Shown piece after piece: positions 1 through 13,514 of a DNA stretch of 64,000 nt. The notes under the pieces were generated by a model. That model had not been told where the DNA came from, ran no database searches, and was given only the letters and a program-made list of their open reading frames with translations. The DNA is from Octopus sinensis (taxonomy: Eukaryota), in the NCBI RefSeq assembly GCF_006345805.1, contig NC_043007.1, forward strand, positions 19,654,001 through 19,718,000, written 5' to 3'. The position numbers and the translations under genes are program-made. Positions within the stretch are counted from its first letter, which is position 1. The number at the start of each line of letters is the position of its first letter.

Positions 1-254
1 TCCGAGTTCAATTCCAGGCAGTGACCTGAATAATAATAATAATAAAATAATAATAATAATAATAATAATAATATAATAATAATAATAATGATAATAATAA
101 TAATAATGATAATATTGTGAAGTACATTTGCCACTTAAATGTGGCTAACCCCCTAAGGGTGGATGCTACTGTAGCTTGTAGTCCCACCAGTAGCATCCAC
201 CCTTATAACAATAATAATAATAACCTAATAACAATAATAATAATAACAATAATA

Positions 255-294
<40 letters not shown>

Positions 295-295
<1 letters not shown>

Positions 296-405
296 TGGAA
301 AAATACCTTAGGAATGAGAACCCAGGTTCGAAACGAAAAGTTGTGTTAACAACAAACAAGATGAGGACAAATATCCGTCAAATGTAAATAATGTAAATAA
401 TGTAA
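295..405 (+). mobile_element. Short repeat, probably Penelope-like pLTR-derived, hammerhead core deleted
   Basis: Near-identical to 38985-39122 but missing about 41 nt that contain CTGATGA and stem II; follows an (AAT)n tract, as does the other copy. Confidence 0.5.
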
Positions 406-1935
406 ATGATGTTCTCTGAACATGTTTCATATTTTTCATTTCTCTCAGGCTTTCAATTATATTCCCACCCCTCTTCCACCACAATCACCACCACCACAAC
501 AACAACAACTCCAACTCCAACAACATCTGTAACTAGCAAACAAGGATGGCTTCATGTGGTCGCTTGTTCTGCTAGAATTATCAGTCAAATCTCTCGCCAA
601 ATCAATAGTCAACCATCTTAAACAAGGTGAGACACGTTAAATAATATAGTCTTAGATAAACTATGCCCAAATCTAACACGCCTCGGTCACAGCTGGATCG
701 CTTTTGATCAAAAGGTCTGCTCACTAAGGCTGACCTGTACGAGCTATAATCTACAACAACACCACTATCAACAACAACAACAACAGCAAAACTGCCAAAA
801 TACTATCTTTGCTTATTATCAATAGCATCTCCATCGATATTGGAATCTTCAACGTTGCCGCCATCAACATCAACACTTCTAACCTAAACAAAACAGGCTC
901 CAACACCACCAACACCACCACTGTCCGCATTACCACCGACAACCACCGCCATTGCGCACGATAATCTCCCACTTGCCAAAACAGATAAATGCCTGCCAGA
1001 ATAATCTTGATAACAAAAACACAAACGCTGTGGCATGTAAACACACCGACTGATGGCAGCCATATTGTTTGCTTGGATTAGATGATCTTCTTCTTCTTCT
1101 TCTTCTTCTTCTTCTTCTTCTTCTTCTTCTCTTCTTCTCCTCCTCCTCCTCCTTCTTCTTCTTCTTCTTCTTATCCTTCTCCTTCTGATCCTTCTCCTTC
1201 TTCTTCTTCTCCTCCTCCTCCTTCTCCTTCTTCTTCTTCTTCTTCTTCTTCTTCTTCTTCTTCCTCCCCCTCCTCCTCCTGGTAGAATCATTAGCACAGA
1301 CCAGTGACATAGCTAGAATGCATGCTGCCCGCATCAGTCTTGAATTGGCTTCCCCCATTGTTCCCACACACCCCTGTACGACAGATACAAAAGTGACCCG
1401 TCATAAAAGCGTTGCCTGGCACGGACCAGTCCCTTTACTCCTAGGTACGGTTACAGGAACAGAAACAGCGAAAAGTTTGATTCCTTGTCCAAGAACATAG
1501 AATTATTCTATCAACTCGGTCAGCTACGACTCTTCGAGAACTGTGCTAATGTACTATTATCTGTTTGTCTATTTAAAAAGCAGCCAAAACTGTTGACTGA
1601 TTCCGGTAATCAGAACCACGCAGGTGGTTTGTACAGATAAACTAGTGCTTTTACAATTTACGTGTATGTAGAATAACGGTTTTATTGTCCAGAATAACAG
1701 TTTCATTTTCAAGAATAAGTGTTTCTTTTTGTAAACGGCAAAGAAGTTCCGTATTTAATGACATATAAGATGCACTCCTCCCCCGCCGAAAAAAGTCCCC
1801 CAAAATTACCCCGAGGGCTACATGAGTTTGCTTCAGATATTACTTGCTTTAATACACAAACATTTTCTTCTGAATATATGCTACTGAAATTGAGGTGCTT
1901 CTCACGTGTCCGTGTGTCTTAAACCATCAGAAAAG

Positions 1936-2434
1936 TACTGTAAATCCTTGAGTATAATACTCAGGGGATTTTTAGGGGGCTGTACCTCTGAAAAACCTAA
2001 ACCTTGTGTATAATACGCACCCCTTCTCTAACTTGAGTCAAGGAGGTCCAGATAACGTCCTTGATTTGTAAAACTGTATACGGTAACGTCCTTTATTGTT
2101 ATTGTATATATAACATAATGCAAACGTGTAGATTTTTTGTGCATTTTGTTTGCAGAAAATAAAGAAATAACAGTAATAACGTTTAATAAATGTTGCTTAC
2201 TGCAAGTTATGGATGATTCTTTTATGACTTCATTGCTTTCAGGCTTAGCTTAAGGTATTTTCGAACCCGACATCACAAAATGCGTCTGAATAAACATTGC
2301 CAGACAGCAAATAGAGACTCGGACATTGCTTAGAAAATAATTTTCATTTTTAACCTCGTATATAGGACGCACTAGGGATTTTGACCGTTAAATTTTGGGG
2401 GTAAAATGCGGATTATACTCGAGGATTTACGGTA
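1936..2434. mobile_element. Tc1/mariner-superfamily (pogo/Tc2-like) MITE
   Basis: Terminal inverted repeats TACTGTAAATCCTTGAGTATAAT / ATTATACTCGAGGATTTACGGTA with TA ends. Confidence 0.65.
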
Positions 2435-2677
2435 TTTCTTTTTTAGTGGCCTGGGTGATGATGCTATAAGGAAAATTCATTACACGGAGAACCGTAATTA
2501 TTCATGCTTTTCTGGAAATATTTATGAAGAGATATCTGAAGACAGTCGGGTGGCAACGATAGCACAGCATTAGACTAAACAAATGCTTAAGTTCAAATCC
2601 TACTGTTATTGACTTTTCTGGAATCAATAAAATCGATTAGATTTGCTTCTTCTTTGGAAATATATATGGTGCTGGGT

Positions 2678-3060
2678 GGAGGCGCAATGGCCCAGTGGTT
2701 AGGGCAGCGGACTCGCGGTCATAGGATCGCGGTTTCGATTCCCAGACCGGGCGTTGTGAGTGTTTATTGAGCGAAAACACCTAAAGCTCCACGAGGCTCC
2801 GGCAGGGGATGGTGGTGATCCCTGCTGTACTCTTTCACCACAACTTTCTCTCACTCTTATTTCCTGTTTCTGTTGTACCTGTATTTCAAAGGGCCGGCCT
2901 TGTCACTCTCTGTGTCACGCTGAATATCCCCGAGAACTACGTTATGGGCACACGTGTCTGTGGAGTGCTCAGCCACTTACACGGTAATTTCACGAGCAGA
3001 CTGTTCCGTTGATTCGGATCAACCGGAACCCTCATCGTCGTTACCGACGGAGTGCTTCCA
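2678..3060 (+). mobile_element. tRNA-derived SINE, family A (tail type 1)
   Basis: Head GGAGGCGCAATGGCCCAGTGG (A box) ...GTTTCGATTCC (B box); same family at 13515-13868. Confidence 0.85.
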
Positions 3061-3304
3061 TATGGTGCTGTACCAAAGTATCGAATTATTGTCAAAGAAT
3101 TATATGAATCGTTAGTGCGTCGAAAAAATACTTTGCATTTGCAGTATTTTTTCAGATCTTTGTCTTCTGAGTTCAAACCTCTTCGAGGGCAAGTTTGCAA
3201 TGCATTTCTCCGGGGCCGATAAAATAAAGTAACAATCATGAACAGAGGTTGAAGATAATCGACTAATCTCTTCTCAAAATTGCTGGCCTTGTGTCTAAAT
3301 TAGA

Positions 3305-3305
3305 A

Positions 3306-3359
<54 letters not shown>

Positions 3360-3363
3360 GTTG

Positions 3364-3400
<37 letters not shown>

Positions 3401-3480
3401 GACTACTACTACTACTGTTGCTACTACTACTACTACTACTATTACTACTACTACTGTAGTTGCTGCTGCTACTACTACTA

Positions 3481-3516
<36 letters not shown>

Positions 3517-3530
3517 TTGCTGCTGCTGCA

Positions 3531-3561
<31 letters not shown>

Positions 3562-3575
3562 TTGCTGCTGCTGCA

Positions 3576-3612
<37 letters not shown>

Positions 3613-3625
3613 TCATTATTACAAT
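3305..3625. repeat. (CTA)n/(CTG)n microsatellite
   Basis: Direct inspection; produces the spurious Thr/Val-rich ORFs. Confidence 0.95.
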
Positions 3626-3631
3626 GACTGC

Positions 3632-4500
3632 TCTGTCATACGATCCCACTGATACGTCGAACAGTTCATCTCCATCGGATTTTGCTACCCGTGCTAAGCC
3701 CTTACTGAATAGAAGAGTTTTTTTTTCTCTCGCGTACATGATAAAGCTCAGATTTATGTGGCCAATATTAACATATCCCTCCATATTGAGAACCATCTTG
3801 ATATTGAGGGATATGCTCGGCATGGGTTAAAAGATGACATTTGGTATCTTGTAGCGCTGAAATCTGTTATCTTGTAGGTCTTTACCTTAAACACACTGAG
3901 ATCCAATTTCCCATCCCACGACATTTGCCATACCTGGACGATGGCTTGGCCATATCTCATGGCTATGGCGGTCATACACTCAATAAATTTAAGAAAAAAA
4001 TTCATGTGTACATTTAGTCAATTAGATTTCAAAATTACTGTTACCACTAATCTGTCCAAAGTTGATTTTTTAAATGTTTTCCGTCCTACCATAAACCAAA
4101 TGAGAAGCTCTCTTATACCCACAAGCAGTCCTGTCATCCCTCTATAGTGTTTAAAACCTGATAGCTATCATCAGTAATAGGATATCTAATCTCTGCTCTT
4201 CAACATAAATATTTGATAAGGCAGTCCCCTACTATAACAATGATTTAGATAATAGCGGCTTACAAATCTTCAATTAACAATACGTAACCTATAAACAAAC
4301 CTAAAAATAGATCTACGAAAATAATATGTTCGACCCCACTTTATCCCTAAATCTTAAAACTAACGTAGGTAAGAAACTCCTGGGTCTTTTAGATAAGCAT
4401 TTCCCAGTAAAGCATAAATATAGGATGCTTTTTAATAGACAATTGATAAAAATATCATACAACTGCTGCACCAATATGAAGAACATCATTCGTAAGTCTC
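3632..4500. mobile_element. Degenerate Penelope-like element reverse transcriptase with an inverted 5' segment
   Basis: Minus strand 3830-3632: PSIS...IMYAR..TLLF...LFDVSVGSYD. Plus strand from about 3840: AEICYLVGLYL...YLDDGLAI...KITVTTNLSKVDFL...PTLSLNLKTNVGK...DKHFP...LFNR..IKISYNC..NMKNII. These are PLE RT core and C-terminal motifs with frameshifts and stops. Confidence 0.8.
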
Positions 4501-5080
4501 ACCAAAATCCCACTCCCAGTTGTAAATGTCAAGACCTGAAGCTTGCCCACATTCTTTTTAGATCCAAGAAATCCACCGCACTACATAATTCCAGATCCGA
4601 AATTTTCAGCAAATGCAAGCATATGGCCAAATTTCTTTTGTCAAACTGGAGGACACTATCCTCTCCGAACTGAGCATCAGTCTCGCATGTTTGGACTCCT
4701 CTCCATTCAACTATTCTTCACTAGCAACTTTTATTATAATTTATACGGTCAAAGGGAACGTAACACTAATTTTCTTTGGATTCTTTTCTTTCTTTTACCG
4801 TTTTTATTTGACCTTTGTCTTCTCATTCTACTTTCTGCATCAACATTCTCCTTTTCTTTTCTCGTGGTTTCTCATGTACCAGCGTCCTGTTTTTCAAACA
4901 GAACAAACCATGTGCCCAGAGCCTGATACAAAAATCTGCCAAACTAGGTGTCTCCATGACAAGAAACTATTAGTAACGCTTTTGTTTTTAATACACTATA
5001 CATTAAATTATATTATATCTCTCACTGGATGGAGTATATTTTGTTGGTTCTACCTTAACAGAACAGTAAGCTATATTTGT

Positions 5081-5310
5081 GCGGTGAGCTGGCAGAAACG
5101 TTAGCACGCCGGGCGAAATGCGTAGCTGTATTTCGTCTGCCGTTACGTTCTGAGTTCAAATCCCGCCGAGGTCGACTTTCCCTTTCATCCTTTCGGGGTC
5201 GATAAATTAAGTACCACTTACGCACTGAGGTCGATGTAATCGACTTAATCCATTTGTCTGTCGTTGTTTGTCCCCTCTGTGTTTAGCCCCTTGTGGGTAG
5301 TAAAGAAATA
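5081..5310 (+). mobile_element. tRNA-derived SINE, family C (Meta-domain-like core)
   Basis: GCGGTGAGCTGGCAGAAACG head, GAGTTCAAAT B box, GTCGACTTT.CCTTTCATCCTTTCGGGGTCGATAAA core; many copies in the window. Confidence 0.8.
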
Positions 5311-5559
5311 TATATTTGTGCCGGGTGGGGATGTACACACACGCACGCACACATGCAGACACACACACATACATATATTCAGACACACACGTTAAAAAAA
5401 AAAACGAAGCAAAGCTAAGTATATGTTTTCATGTATTGTTTAACAAGTAGGCTTGATAGACACAATAGTGTTTAATTTCGAGAAGGTTAAACAGTAGCGA
5501 AGTAACATTTTGGACAACACAAACTGGGAATTGGGGACATGAAACCAACATCATCTCCA

Positions 5560-5955
5560 TCATAGTCATAATTATCACCACCACTACCACCTACAGCACC
5601 ACCACTACCACCTACAGCACCACCACTACCACCTACAGCACCACCACTACCACCTACAGCACCACCACTACCACCTACAGCACCATCACTACCGCCTACA
5701 GCACCACCACCACCACCACTACCACCACCACCATCACCACCACCACTACCACCACCACCATCACCATTTCCACCACCACCACCACCACCACCACCACCAC
5801 CATTCCACCACCACCACCACCACCACCACCACCACCATTCCACCACCACCACCACCACCACCACCACCACCACCACTACCACCACCACCACCACTACCAC
5901 CACCATCATCACCATTTCCACCACCACCACCAACTCCATCACCATTTCCACCACC

Positions 5956-5988
<33 letters not shown>
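5560..5988. repeat. (CAC)n compound microsatellite with a 21-bp minisatellite (GCACCACCACTACCACCTACA)
   Basis: Direct inspection. Confidence 0.95.
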
Positions 5989-6252
5989 TAAAAAAACATT
6001 TTTGCTGCTGCTCCTGCTGCTGTCATTGTTATCTCCCAGACAGTTTTAAACGTCTGTTGGGGTGGTAATATACGGGTGATTAAGACGCCCACCCTTATGT
6101 AGACGCATGAGAAAATGGTTCGGTCGAATCACTGAACTTCTTTAGTTTGTGTCGCCGTGAGTGCACCCAGTCCTAGAGAGAAACAGAAAGGGCGAGAAAG
6201 AGTCAATGCCTGAACGCACGGACAAATATGTTATGAGTCACAACTATTTCTG

Positions 6253-6291
<39 letters not shown>

Positions 6292-6339
6292 CTAATAGGT
6301 GTATTGATAGTGACTTCGAAGTTTGCGCTCAGTAGTAGC

Positions 6340-6525
6340 CTTCGTCATAAATTCCTCCACTCGACGGGACGCCCTTTTTGTCACAAGATTACATGAGTGG
6401 ATTTCGAGCAAGGTGAAATGAAGTGTTTTGCTCAAGAACGCAACGCATCGCCCGGTGCAGGAATCGAAACCACATTATGACGATCACGAGCGCAACGCCC
6501 TAAACACTGAACCACGCGCATCCAC
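6340..6525 (-). mobile_element. tRNA-derived SINE fragment
   Basis: Minus-strand GCGCGTGGTTCAGTGTTTAGGGCG...GTTTCGATTCC head then GTTCTTGAGCAAAACACTT core; related copy 33500-33838 (-). Confidence 0.6.
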
Positions 6526-6527
6526 AT

Positions 6528-6618
6528 ATAATAACAACAACAACAACAACAATAATATTAATAATAATAATAATAATAATATAATAATAATAATAATGAT
6601 AATAATAATAATCATAAC

Positions 6619-6666
<48 letters not shown>

Positions 6667-6672
6667 TATAAT

Positions 6673-6741
<69 letters not shown>
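6528..6741. repeat. (AAT)n microsatellite
   Basis: Direct inspection; similar tracts at 28-295. Confidence 0.95.
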
Positions 6742-6743
<2 letters not shown>

Positions 6744-8335
6744 CCCTTATTCAAGGACCTTTTGAGCAGGATGGGCTACTCGACCTGAAGAAAATTCCAG
6801 TTTGGCTGATTGGGTCCATAGGGTCAAAATTGCTTTTGACCCGGCCCAATCAGCCGCAGGCAGAATTTTTACATTCAAAAGCTTGGCTGTGCTGCCACCC
6901 AGCACCCGACGGATGGAATCCTCTATCCATTTGGGCTCCATACTATACGGTGGGCAAGCTACTTACCACATAGCCACTCCTGCGCCTAACTTTATAGAGA
7001 ACCTTTTATTTCATTTTTGGGAACACCATAACCCTCACGAGTACAGAGTTATTGTTTACGGAAATGTATGTGAGTGCTGGTAGCTTTTCTAGTAATTCTT
7101 GAAGGAATTTATCCAGGTAGCGCTTAAATGAGAGGGTGTCTTTTTCTCCTTTGATTTCTTTCGAAATATTTTTGACTAAGGCAGGGCCAGTTGAAGTAAA
7201 AAAAGAGTTATGTCACAATGTTGTTTTGAGTTGTGAGACTGACTTTTGTAGGTATGCCACAGGGACCTCACCTTGAGTGCCTTGTCAACTTGATACCGGC
7301 ATCTATTGGACAATGCAGAGAAATATTCGCAGGGTGTTGCAATCCATGTCTTCCAGAGAAACTTCACATTTATTGCCGTTACTACAAACCTAAATCGTAT
7401 TTTTACAGTGCGAACTAATTTCTCTGTGCTGACAAAAGACCAAATTCTTGTTCTAAAATATCTAAGAAACCCATCCTTAATGCATAAACATGATACCCGA
7501 CTTCAACGCTTCAAACCTTTCACACCGCTAACAGTTTCCATCCAGTTCGCTGCCGTTTATAACCGACCGAATGTTACCCCTGTTTATATTTCACATACAC
7601 AAACATACATCAGACATTCTACAACTTTATACACCAAGCTTTGTTAAACTCTTCTGTGTTTTTGCACCGCAAAATAAATACAAATTGTATACTTATATAC
7701 ATACACACACACAGATATATATATATATATTCATACATATGTATATATAATAGGTGTGTACGATGAGATTTGTAATAAATGAGTAATAGGGGTTGGAAAG
7801 AAGGGAGCATGTAGTATGTTTTGTTTCTTGCTCAAACTCTGCTAATTAAGGAACACATTTTGCCCCCAATATTACGATACCACACAACATCTACAAGCCT
7901 AATTACTTAATGTCAGACTCTCTCGATCTATTTCAAACGCGCGCGCAAACACACATGTATACATACGCACATACACATTCAAGCACACACACACACACAC
8001 ACACGCACACACATACGCACACACACACATGTACATCCTTATACACATACAATGACCTACATGCTTAGATATATACACACAGACGTCAGCACATATACAT
8101 TTTTAAATGTTCGGTCACCGACGCTTATACACACATGCGTACATTTTTATGAACACTCATCTGGGAGCTATTTCTACACACGGTCACTTATACACAAACA
8201 CATGTATACGCAGGTATACGCAGGTATACGCAGACATATATATTCATTTAAACATATCTATACACTCTGTGACTGATACGAACACAGACTTAAACGCTCA
8301 TAAACTGGCTTCTGCAGTCACACTCCCCTAGTCAT

Positions 8336-8367
<32 letters not shown>

Positions 8368-8792
8368 ACGCATACACTCACACACACACACGCATACATA
8401 CATACACACTTAAATTCGTACAAGCACATGATGACACCCCCACACCCACGGACACACACACACACACACACAAAAACGCACACGCATACAAACACACACA
8501 CGCACATACATACACACACACACGCATACACTCACACACATACATACACACTTAAATTCGTGCAAACTCATGACGACACCCACAGACGGACACACACACA
8601 CACACACACAAATAAGTTAAGCATTCTTATTCGCACAGTCAGAAAGATATCCACACACAGTTAAATGTACACACACACACATATACACAGACACAGACAC
8701 ACACACATACATATATATACATACATACGCTCATTTGCACATGCATACACACGTATAACTATTTACAGTCTTATACATAAATAACCACATAT

Positions 8793-9235
8793 ACTCTTTT
8801 ACTTGTTTCAGTCATTTGACTGCGGCCATGCTGGAGCACCGACTTTAATCGAGCAAATCGACCCCGGGACTTATTCTTTTGTAAGCCCAGTACTTATTCT
8901 ATCGGTCTCTTTTGCCGAACCGCTAAGTAACGGGGACGTAAACACACCAGCATCGGTTGTCAAGCAATGCTAGGGGGACAAACACACACACACAAACACA
9001 CACACACAAACACACACACACAAACACACACACACAAACACACACACACGCATACAAATATATACATATATACGACGGGCTTCTTTCAGTTTCCGTCTAC
9101 AAAATCCACTCAGAAGGCTTTGGTCGGCCCCAGGCTATAGTAGAAGACACTTGCCCGAGGTGCCACGCAGTGGGACTGAACCCGGAACCATGTGGTTGGT
9201 AGACAAGCTACTTACCACACAGCCACTCCTGCGCC
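8793..9235 (-). mobile_element. tRNA-derived SINE, family B (internal TA/CA microsatellite, (GAGTAAAA)n tail)
   Basis: GGCGCAGGAGTGGCTGTGTGGTAAG...CCGGGTTCAGTCCC head, GCACCTTGGGCAAGTGTCTT core; the most abundant family here. Confidence 0.85.
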
Positions 9236-9436
9236 TATATGTATACATACAACCACAAATTGCTGTAGAAACTTACACACACACACAAACCCTATGCAAA
9301 TCAGTTATAAACACTACAAACAGTACACACATAGCCTTACTCACCACCTCACACACACATACACATAAACACACATTCAAACACTCTTTAAGTTTTATAC
9401 ATGGTCATACACTAACAAACCTTATACACTCACATA

Positions 9437-9993
9437 GGCGCAAGAGTGGTTGTGTGGTAAGAAGCTTGCTTACCAACCACATGGTTCCGAGTTCAGTCCC
9501 ACTGCGTGGCACCTTGAGCAAGTGTCTTCTACTATAGCCTCGGGCCGACCAAACTGAAAGAAGCCCGTTGTGTATATATATGTATATATATATAGGTAAG
9601 TAGCTTACCTATATATATATACTTGTGTGGTAAGTAGCTTGCTAACCAACCACATGGTTCCGGGTTCAGTCCCACTGCGTGGCATCTTCTGCTATAGCCT
9701 CGGGCCGACCAATGCCTTGTGAGTGGATTTGGTAGACGGAAACTGAAAGAGGCCTGTCGTATATATGTATATATATATGTGTGTGTGTGTGTGTGTTTGT
9801 GTGTCTGTGTTTGTCCCCCACCGTCGCTTGACAACCAATGCTGGTGTGTAACCTAGTTAAGTCCCTGTAACTTAGCGTTTCGGCAAAAAGGCACGATAGA
9901 ATAAGTACTAAGCTTACAAAAAATAAGTCCCGACAAAGGGCGTTGCTCCTGCATGGCCGCAGTCAAATGACCGAGACTAATAAAAGGATAAAT
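9437..9993 (+). mobile_element. Composite SINE family B (two partial heads + body)
   Basis: Repeated family-B head and body motifs. Confidence 0.75.
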
Positions 9994-10027
9994 ACTAAAC
10001 ACACACAAACACACAAACGAACTAAAT

Positions 10028-10070
<43 letters not shown>

Positions 10071-10556
10071 CACAAAGACACACACTTGTACACTGTTACA
10101 AACATATACACACAGATAAACCCATAACCACATAAATAGTAGACACATATAGAGAGGGAAAGAGAGGGAGTGTGAGTGAGAGGAAGAGGTAGATAGAGAG
10201 AAGAGTGGAAGAGAGAGAGTGAGAGAGAAGAGAGGAAGAGAGAGAAGAGAGGAAGGGAGTGAAAGTGAGAGGGAGGGTGAATAGAGTGAGGGGAAGAAGA
10301 GAGAAAGAGGGAGAGGGAGAGTGAGGGATGGATAGAGAGAAGAGAGGAAGGGAGTGAGAGTGAGAGGGAGGGTGAATAGAGTGAAGGGAAGAAGAGAGAG
10401 GGAGAGGGAGAGAGAGGGGTTGGATAGAGAGAAGAGAGGAAGAGAGAGAGAAGGAAAGATAACTACAACAGTGAGATAGAAGAAAGAGAAAAGAAAGAAA
10501 GAAAGAAGAAGCATGAGATGAAACAACGCCCTTAATTAGTCATTTACAAAGCAATT

Positions 10557-10587
<31 letters not shown>

Positions 10588-11124
10588 GGGGATGGGAGAT
10601 GGATGATGGTGGCGGAGGTGATGGTGGGGGTGGGTGTGAATTGGTGAGAACAAAGGCTGAAATCATCCCCCACCTCCCCCTGTGTCCCCCCTCTCCCCCT
10701 GTGTCCCCCCTCTCCCCCTGTGCCCCCCTCTCCCCGTTACTAAACCTCCACTAGCGACCCCTCATCTTCACCCCCACCTCCGCCCTACTCCACCCCATCC
10801 CCTTACACCCCACCCCCATCCCCTTACATCCCACCCCACCTCTTTCGTCTCACGATTCTGCAACCGTGCAGCATCGCCCCCTGCTCCGCTCCGCTCGCTT
10901 GCCTTCCACACCCCCACCCCATACCAACAGACCATGCAACATTATTTGCCGAGAGAACCGGACAGAAAGACAAACAGACAGACAGACTGGCATACACACA
11001 CACACACACACACATGCACACACAATAGTGGAAGTCACTATTGAGGTGTTGGATAGTGGGACGCAAGGGGTGTGGCAGGTGGGAGGGATGATGGTGTAGC
11101 ATGATAACGACCATCACCACCACC

Positions 11125-11179
<55 letters not shown>

Positions 11180-11624
11180 CCACCACCACCACCATCACCA
11201 CCACCACCACCACCAACATCATCATCATCATCGTCATCATCGTCATCGTCACTGCCTGTATTACCATCAACATTACATTACTGTAACTAGGCCATCGAGA
11301 GAACTTCTGTGTGGTCGGTCGACCTGCTAAAAACAGTAGCCAAAATCTTCCTCAAATCACTCCGAAGGGAAATAGAAAAAAAGACCCTTCGGAGAACGTA
11401 ATCCCGGGTTCTCTTGTACTTAAGGGATGGGGGCGGAGAAACAGTCACGGTTGGAAAATGGTTTTAGTCATAAGTCTGCTAAACCTGGAGCTGAAAAAAC
11501 AGCAAAACAACATGACCATCATGTCGGGACATGGCACTCCAATTCTGCGTAATTTGACTTCCATGCAGCGGCACCTGGGACATTCAAACAATAAACAACA
11601 ACGGTGACAACAGCAACAACAAGT

Positions 11625-12005
11625 GGAAGCGCAATGGCCCAGTGGTTAGGGCAGCGGACTCGCGGTCGGAGGATCGCGGTTTCGATTCCCAGACCGGGCG
11701 TCGTGTGTGTTTATTGAGCGAAAACACCTAAAGCTCCACGTGGCTCCTGCAGGGGGTGGTGGCGACCTCTGTTGTACTCTTTCGCTCCAAACTTTCTCTC
11801 GCTCTTTCTTCCTGTTTCTTGTCCCCGACTTCCTACTCAACCGCTGAGCCTGGATGCGCATTCGCATTCATCCATCCGTCGATGCTCTCGGTGTCGGGGG
11901 TTGACCTGCTTTCTCTTTTGCGGGTCTTACGAATAGCAAAGGACCACGTTTCGGACTTCTCCCAAGACGAAGGCCGCCTCGCTCAACAAACAAACAAACA
12001 AACAG
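11625..12005 (+). mobile_element. tRNA-derived SINE, family A head with tail type 2 and (AAAC)n end
   Basis: Same head as 2678 but a different 3' half, shared with 37847-38224; AACAGCAACAACAA flanks both sides (candidate TSD). Confidence 0.8.
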
Positions 12006-12053
12006 CAACAACAACAACACGACTATCGTCACAATCATATGAACCAGATAAAA

Positions 12054-12451
12054 TCTTTATATATAAAAGTGAAGTTGTGTGTCTGTCTCCTACGATTTAG
12101 ATTCCTAACTACTCCCACATTTTGCGGTGCAGTTTAACCAAAACCGGGTATCTTATAGTCGTGATTCATATCGAGCCCTTCTGGGTATTAGCGCGCGTCT
12201 ACGATGAGTCAACGATTAAAAAAAAAAATAACCATCATTTTTTTCCATTTTAATGCATTTTTTCGCTATTATATAAGGGAAGTAACTCTCTAAAAATGTC
12301 TACGATGAGTCAACGATTTAAAAAAAAATTTACCATAATTTTTTTTCCATTTTTAATGCATTTTTTTGCTATTTTTTGTCTATAACTCTCTAAAAATGCT
12401 TATATAGTTATTTCCCTTACAAATCCGAGCAACGCCGGGCGATACTGCTAG
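12054..12451 (+). mobile_element. Non-autonomous Helitron
   Basis: 5' TC, 3' hairpin CCG-AGCAACGC-CGG then CTAG, inserted between A and T; same family as 58786-59293 and 59626-60131. Confidence 0.75.
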
Positions 12452-12559
12452 TAATAGATAAAATATGTCGAAGTGGGTAAATTACTAACATTATACGATT
12501 CTCCAACAAGCAAATTCTGCAGTCATAACACTTAATTTCCCGAAACGCCTACATGCTTT

Positions 12560-12825
12560 TATCGTCATCAAAATTCCTTATGTTACCAATCGTTGGTGTC
12601 ACTTGAAACGCCTTCATAGTCAGCCATCGCCACTGGTCTCTCTTCTCTGTTATGCGTAACAGGATTCCTGCCTCTCTTTCGCCCTTTCTCGGCTGTGTCC
12701 TGAAGAATGATCTTGGACAGGGAGTTGTGGCGGAATACATGACCGTACAAAGCAAGCTTTCATCTTTTTACAAGGAGTGCTTCCAGTCTTCCAGCGTATT
12801 TATTGACGTGCTGCCTGGCAAAGCT
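12560..12825 (-). mobile_element. RTE-clade LINE ORF2 C-terminal remnant
   Basis: Minus frame ...LLVKR*KLALYGHVFRHNSLSKIILQDTAEKGRKRGR matches the RTE KRRKL.W.GHV.R...L.K.ILQG..EG.R.RGR motif. Confidence 0.7.
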
Positions 12826-13247
12826 CTTTTACTCATTTACCATTTACTTGTTTCTGTCATTTGACTGTGGCCATGCTGCAGCACCGCCTTTTAGTCGAGC
12901 AAATCGACCCCATGACTTATTCTTTGTAAGCCTTGTACTTATTCTATCGGTCTTTTTTGGGACCGAACCGCTAAGTTACGGGGACATAAACACACCAGCA
13001 TCGGTTGTCAAGCAATGGTGGTGGTGGGACAAACACACACACACACAAACATATACACACACATACATGTATATATATACATATATATACGACGGGCTTC
13101 TTTCAGTTTCCATCTACCAAATCCACACTCACAATGCTTTGGTCGGCCCGAGGCTATAGTAGAAGACACTCGTTCAAGGTGCCACGCAGTGGGACTAAAC
13201 CCGGAACCATGTGGTTCGTAAGCAAGCTACTTACCACACAGCCACCC
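12820..13247 (-). mobile_element. SINE family B
   Basis: Full head-body-tail similarity to 8793-9235. Confidence 0.8.
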
Positions 13248-13514
13248 CTACGTTGTCCGTTTTGTGCTCTGTATATTGGGATGTGTAGCTGCCTCCTGAA
13301 GCACGAATTCACCAAGTTACCAGGGTCTTGTGCACTCAGAGACTTGTTGAAAACTGATGGAATTTCCGTATGCTGTGTGCTTTATAAAGCATAAAATACC
13401 AAATATGTTATCTGTATTTTATTAATACTATTAAGTGGGTCGTGTTCCATACACTACCCTATTCTGTTGTTTGATGGTCCACGTCTTACCGTACTGGAGA
13501 AAGGAGTAGATCGT

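Noticed and set aside
751-1367. Poly-R/K/E/S ORFs on both strands
   Set aside because: Products of (CTT)/(CCT) and degenerate (CAA) triplet repeats.
2678-2750. tRNA-like sequences with A and B boxes (also 11625, 13515, 38224 and family B/C heads)
   Set aside because: They continue directly into SINE bodies and lack a complete acceptor stem; SINE heads, not tRNA genes.
3291-3830. 179-aa Thr-rich, mucin-like ORF
   Set aside because: It is a (CTA)n microsatellite joined to the antisense strand of the Penelope RT remnant; no signal peptide or splice support.
7306-7647. 113-aa ORF and neighbours (13903-14220, 18853-19170)
   Set aside because: No recognisable domain and no consistent exon chain; kept only as low-interest unique islands.
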